Shown in pieces: positions 59,942 through 64,000 of a stretch of DNA of 64,000 bases (the stretch's first letter is position 1; the number at the start of each line of letters is the position of its first letter). The notes below the pieces were generated by a model that saw nothing but the letters and a program-made list of their open reading frames with translations, ran no database searches and was not told the origin of the DNA. Made by a program: the position numbers and the translations under genes. The DNA comes from Minisyncoccota bacterium (GTDB taxonomy: Bacteria; Patescibacteriota; Minisyncoccia; Phycocordibacterales; JABAAK01), in the NCBI GenBank assembly GCA_963668425.1, contig OY764332.1, positions 105,241-169,240 of the forward strand, in the 5' to 3' direction.

Positions 59942-61360
59942 TTATAGGGGCAGATACTCTGCTGGGTTTAGTTTTGCGTCTTGAGCGGCAACTGGTACAA
60001 TCAGACCCCGACATCGTGCGTTGCTTGATACCCGCTCGTAAGGGATAATGCGTATACCGTTTGAATCATACACACCAAAATGGAGGTGTGGGCCGGTACT
60101 GAAGCCAGTGTTGCCACTATAGCCAATCAACTCTCCCGCTTTCACTTTTTGTCCAAGCCGTACTTTTATAAGTGACAGGTGGGCGTAGAGTGTTGTGAGA
60201 CCAAATCCATGTTTAATCACAATCCATTTTCCCCATGAATGACAGCTTGACACAATATCGGTATTGCCGGTTCCAATGACAATTCCATCAGCACTGGCAA
60301 ATAATTGTGTTCCCGTTGGCAATCCAAAATCTGTACCGTCGTGGAATGGCCTGCCGTATCGCAATGCATTTGCGATAGCGAATGCTGTTTTGCCGAATTG
60401 CTGCGTGAGTGGTGCCTTAATATTGAACGGCATACGAAGCAACCCTTTTTTCGGTCCTGGTACCGTCTTTGGATCACGTAAATACTCTATACGTGACTCA
60501 TATTCATAAATATCCTGCTGTAATTCCAGTCGTTCCTGCTGCTTTTCTTTCAGCAAATCTTGATACACCGCCTCGTCATTGCGTGTTTGTTTCACTAATA
60601 ACTCCTGTTGCTTAATAGAGAATTCATAAATTTTCTTTCTGTCTGCCAACTCTTTTTGCTGTTGTTCCAATGTTGCCCGCCTCTTGACAACATCTTTTTT
60701 ATTCTGCTGTAATTTCTTTGTTTCATTTTCTAAAAACTCCAAATGCGTATGTAGCGCTTTTGAGTACCGCTCAATCTCTTCTATTCGCTGTAGCACATCA
60801 GAAAATGAGGTGTGCATGAGGAGCAGTGTCTTTCCATGCAATTCAAACTCATTTGCCTGTTGAAAATTCTGTCGCAAGACATTATAGAGCACCTCAAGGT
60901 TTTCTGCGTTGTCAACAATGGAAGTATCCAGTGCTTTCAATTTCAACTGCCCCTGTTGGATACCATCTTCAGTTTTACGTATCTGTGCTTCATTTTTCCT
61001 TTTTGTAAGTGTCAATCCGTTTAATTTACTCTCCAATGAATCTTTCTTCTTATATATTTGACTGAGTTGCATGTTAATGCCCCGAATCTCTTCCTCAGCG
61101 TTGCGAATGCGAGATTCTTTGCTCCCTATCTGGTTGCGCAAACTTGCAATTTCTGAACTCTCACGCAACAAGACAATTTCCCCCTCTTCTGTTTCATCAT
61201 TCTCTATCGGCGTATACACACCAGATGTTGGTGTTGGCGAGGTTATGGTCGCACTACTACTATGCACATAGATTGGCAATACTGTATTGCCAAGAATAAA
61301 AAATGAGCTTACATAAATAAGTAAGTAATATACAATACTGTATCTACACCACGCCTTCAT
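59942..61360 (-). CDS. Coiled-coil + M23 peptidase (EnvC/MepM-like murein hydrolase)
   Basis: HDGTD, YAHLS and TGPHLHF Zn motifs after a long coiled coil. Confidence 0.92.
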   Translation of the reverse strand: MKAWCRYSIVYYLLIYVSSFFILGNTVLPIYVHSSSATITSPTPTSGVYTPIENDETEEGEIVLLRESSEIASLRNQIGSKESRIRNAEEEIRGINMQLSQIYKKKDSLESKLNGLTLTKRKNEAQIRKTEDGIQQGQLKLKALDTSIVDNAENLEVLYNVLRQNFQQANEFELHGKTLLLMHTSFSDVLQRIEEIERYSKALHTHLEFLENETKKLQQNKKDVVKRRATLEQQQKELADRKKIYEFSIKQQELLVKQTRNDEAVYQDLLKEKQQERLELQQDIYEYESRIEYLRDPKTVPGPKKGLLRMPFNIKAPLTQQFGKTAFAIANALRYGRPFHDGTDFGLPTGTQLFASADGIVIGTGNTDIVSSCHSWGKWIVIKHGFGLTTLYAHLSLIKVRLGQKVKAGELIGYSGNTGFSTGPHLHFGVYDSNGIRIIPYERVSSNARCRGLIVPVAAQDAKLNPAEYLPL

Positions 61361-61362
61361 AA

Positions 61363-62763
61363 TTACTTTAGTATACCCTCTAAGAGTGCACATGCTTTCT
61401 GTACCCGCCGTATTGTCTGTCGCTTACCAATTGCCTGCGCAATTGCAAACGGTCCTGGACTCTTATCCTTTCCGGATAGTGCGATCCGTAATGGCCACAG
61501 AATTATAGATTTTCCTTTCTGCTCAGCGTAATCCCATACCTTTTTTCGTATACACTCTTCATTCCATCCTGTATAAGTGCTCATTTGTTGTAATAGCGTG
61601 TGGGTTCCCCACAGCCCTGACAGCACCTCACGCGCCATATCTTCACGTGCCATGTCGCTCTTTGGTAGTAGCAGTTGCACATCGTACCTTGGCTCTCTAA
61701 AATAAAAATCGTATGCACCGTTGTCAATGAGTAACTGCACCTCTCCAAATGGCATGCCTTTTTCCCGCATAGTATGCAGAACTGTTTTTATTGACCGAGG
61801 CCGCAGTCGTGATCGCATCGGAAACCGTTTTACTAGTGCTGGCACTATCATTTTTCGCAAACGATATTCTGACATTTGCTGTATATGCTTTTTTTGGAAC
61901 CAGAGTAGTTTTTTTTCATTAAATACTGCTTCTTTCTTCTGTATCCCTTCCAGTGTAAAAATGGCAGTCAATTCCTCTAATGAAAAAACCTCGTCGTCGT
62001 GTTTTGGGCTCCACCCCATGAGTGCGATGGCATTTATAATCGCTTCTGGCAGATATCCGCGCTCACGAAATTCTGTTATTGCAGTTGCATCTTTGCGTTT
62101 TGACAACTTACCCCCACCTGGTGAATGAATTAGTGGTATGTGTGTATATGATGGCGGCGTACCACCTAGTGCTTTAAGTAGTAGTATTTGCCTGGGTGTG
62201 TTAATAATATGGTCATCGCCACGCAAAATATGTGTAACTCCCATTTCCATGTCATCTATCACTACCGCAAGATGATATAGCGGATCATCCACTGACCGTG
62301 CTATTACAAAATCTCCCAAATCACTGATATCAACAGTAATATCTCCCCGAACAGTGTCAATGAACGAGACGCTTGGCGAGGTGTTTCTGAAACGCACAAT
62401 TTCCACTTCTTGTGTTGGATCTTTTTTTGATATCTCTTTTGACACATATGCCTTATCCTCTTCTAATAATTGCTGTATGTACTTTTTATATATTGCAGTG
62501 CGGTCTGATTGTCGTACAATTTTATCTGGCTTGAGTGAGAGCCATTGTAGCGCGCTGAGTATATCCTCTTCATACTTCTTTTCACTTCGCTCCTGATCAG
62601 TATCTTCAAATCGTAAAATAAATACTCCTCCGTGCCTCTTTGTAAAAAGATAGTTACATAATGCTGTGCGGGCAGTGCCGATGTGTAGTGCACCGGTCGG
62701 ACTTGGCGCAATGCGTGTTACTGGTACGTGTATATCTACATCATTGTAATTATTATTTTTCAT
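61363..62763 (-). CDS. gltX: Glutamate--tRNA ligase
   Basis: RIAPSPTG.LHIG, RFEDTD, RGDDH, KLSKR. Confidence 0.95.
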   Translation of the reverse strand: MKNNNYNDVDIHVPVTRIAPSPTGALHIGTARTALCNYLFTKRHGGVFILRFEDTDQERSEKKYEEDILSALQWLSLKPDKIVRQSDRTAIYKKYIQQLLEEDKAYVSKEISKKDPTQEVEIVRFRNTSPSVSFIDTVRGDITVDISDLGDFVIARSVDDPLYHLAVVIDDMEMGVTHILRGDDHIINTPRQILLLKALGGTPPSYTHIPLIHSPGGGKLSKRKDATAITEFRERGYLPEAIINAIALMGWSPKHDDEVFSLEELTAIFTLEGIQKKEAVFNEKKLLWFQKKHIQQMSEYRLRKMIVPALVKRFPMRSRLRPRSIKTVLHTMREKGMPFGEVQLLIDNGAYDFYFREPRYDVQLLLPKSDMAREDMAREVLSGLWGTHTLLQQMSTYTGWNEECIRKKVWDYAEQKGKSIILWPLRIALSGKDKSPGPFAIAQAIGKRQTIRRVQKACALLEGILK

Positions 62764-63904
62764 GTGATTTCAGTATATCTACTAATAATTTTGCCACTTT
62801 CTCTGATGCATTTGGTGTTGAAAATGCTTTTGCCTTCTGACGCATTTCATCACCCACCTTCTTATTTTGCAGTATATGATTAACTTGCGATACCAGTAAG
62901 TGTGGTGAAAGATTCTGTTCTTCTACTACTACACCACCTGCGGATCGTGCATACGCATACGCATTCTTTTTTTGATCATGCGCTACCTCTTCTCGTATCG
63001 GTATAATAATTGCTGGTATTCCCCATTCTGCAATTTCGTATAAGGTTCCGGACCCGGCTCTGGTAATGATTACATCCGCAACACTATATAGCGCTCGCAT
63101 ATGGTAGGCATTTAAAAACGGTAGCGGATGATAGGTGTGCATATCTGGCAAGGCGTGCAAAAAACTCTCTGCTTCTTTTTTAAGATCAGTAAACATTTTT
63201 TTTCCGGTCTGATGTACCACTTGGTATCTCCGTAACATAATCGGCAATGCGTCTAAAACATTTTCATTCAAAAACTGTGCCCCGCTTGAGCCGCCAAGTA
63301 TCGCTACCGTCTTCATGTCGGGATCAAGCTTCAGTATGGTGTGTGCATCAGGGTTTGGATTGTATCGCAGCTGTCGACGAATTGGTATGCCGATGAGTGC
63401 TGCTTTTTCTTGCTGTTTTTTACTAAGATCATTTTCTGCCTCAGGATATGCAATTGCTATGTGTGTTGCAAATGTAGCAGACCACCGTGATACCCGCCCG
63501 AGCGTTGAATCAGAATCATGAATTACTACTGGAATGCGCAATATTCGTGCGGCAAAGAGTATTGGAAAACTGGCATAACCGCCTTTGCTGAACACAACAT
63601 CTGGGAAAATCACAAATAAGGTAAACAGCGCTTTTAATGCGCCAAAAAAGAGGGAGATGAGGGAGAAAAGGTTTTTTATACGGGATAGTATGTCTTTTGT
63701 CCGTCGCATTTTCCCTGCTGGACAAAATACAAATGTAATACCTGCATTGTATAACGCTTTTTCATCGTAGTGTGTCGGCCCTAGGTAATACTTTTTTGGT
63801 TGCACTAGCTGATTTTCCAGTGCATACCGTTCAATTTCTTCTGCAACCGCAATTAACGGATAAAAATGTCCTCCCGTACCACCCCCCACAAACACTATTT
63901 TCAT
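62753..63904 (-). CDS. murG: Undecaprenyl-PP-MurNAc-pentapeptide GlcNAc transferase
   Basis: GGGTGGHFYP, KGGYAS, GGSSGA, RAGSGT..E, DQKKNA. Confidence 0.95.
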   Translation of the reverse strand: MKIVFVGGGTGGHFYPLIAVAEEIERYALENQLVQPKKYYLGPTHYDEKALYNAGITFVFCPAGKMRRTKDILSRIKNLFSLISLFFGALKALFTLFVIFPDVVFSKGGYASFPILFAARILRIPVVIHDSDSTLGRVSRWSATFATHIAIAYPEAENDLSKKQQEKAALIGIPIRRQLRYNPNPDAHTILKLDPDMKTVAILGGSSGAQFLNENVLDALPIMLRRYQVVHQTGKKMFTDLKKEAESFLHALPDMHTYHPLPFLNAYHMRALYSVADVIITRAGSGTLYEIAEWGIPAIIIPIREEVAHDQKKNAYAYARSAGGVVVEEQNLSPHLLVSQVNHILQNKKVGDEMRQKAKAFSTPNASEKVAKLLVDILKSHEK

Positions 63905-64000
63905 ATACTTTAGTGTACCACCACATTACTACTGCACAATTTGCTATATAGTTCTGTTGATGCTGGCTCCAGAAAAAGTGTGCGCAACTTGGATGCCTAA

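Overview
This is a chromosomal segment of a Patescibacteria/CPR bacterium (Parcubacteria-like). The assignment rests on a divergent stand-alone 16S rRNA without the anti-Shine-Dalgarno tail, many VirB2-like and type IV pilins, and CPR-type bS21 and HisS-like genes. Housekeeping blocks are gyrA, rpsA, pth, lepB, rpsU-ybeY-ftsA-ftsZ-trxB, rpoD, tRNA-Thr, secG, a tandem pair of RNase J genes, dnaK-dnaJ, murG-gltX-M23 peptidase and the 16S rRNA. An accessory region at about 30.5-48.7 kb and 51.8-57.8 kb is rich in defence and toxin-antitoxin genes: Zn-finger-HEPN, ABC ATPase-HEPN, ImmA-like plus PIN, Schlafen/AlbA_2, DUF5677, a Dam-type R-M pair, a wHTH-wHTH-HEPN operon, DUF3800, Doc and Panacea TA. 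Main unexplained signals: (1) a ~390-nt promoter-to-terminator structured RNA at 4288-4678; (2) a DUF3800 gene with a convergent, separately promoted structured RNA, plus an orphan second copy of that RNA 6.7 kb away; (3) two translation-initiation classes, near-leaderless core genes and SD-bearing surface genes, even though the 16S lacks an anti-SD; (4) exact short direct repeats bracketing defence modules with no recombinase in view; (5) a predicted catalytically dead RNase J paralog next to an intact one. All family calls are motif recognition by eye and no database searches were run.
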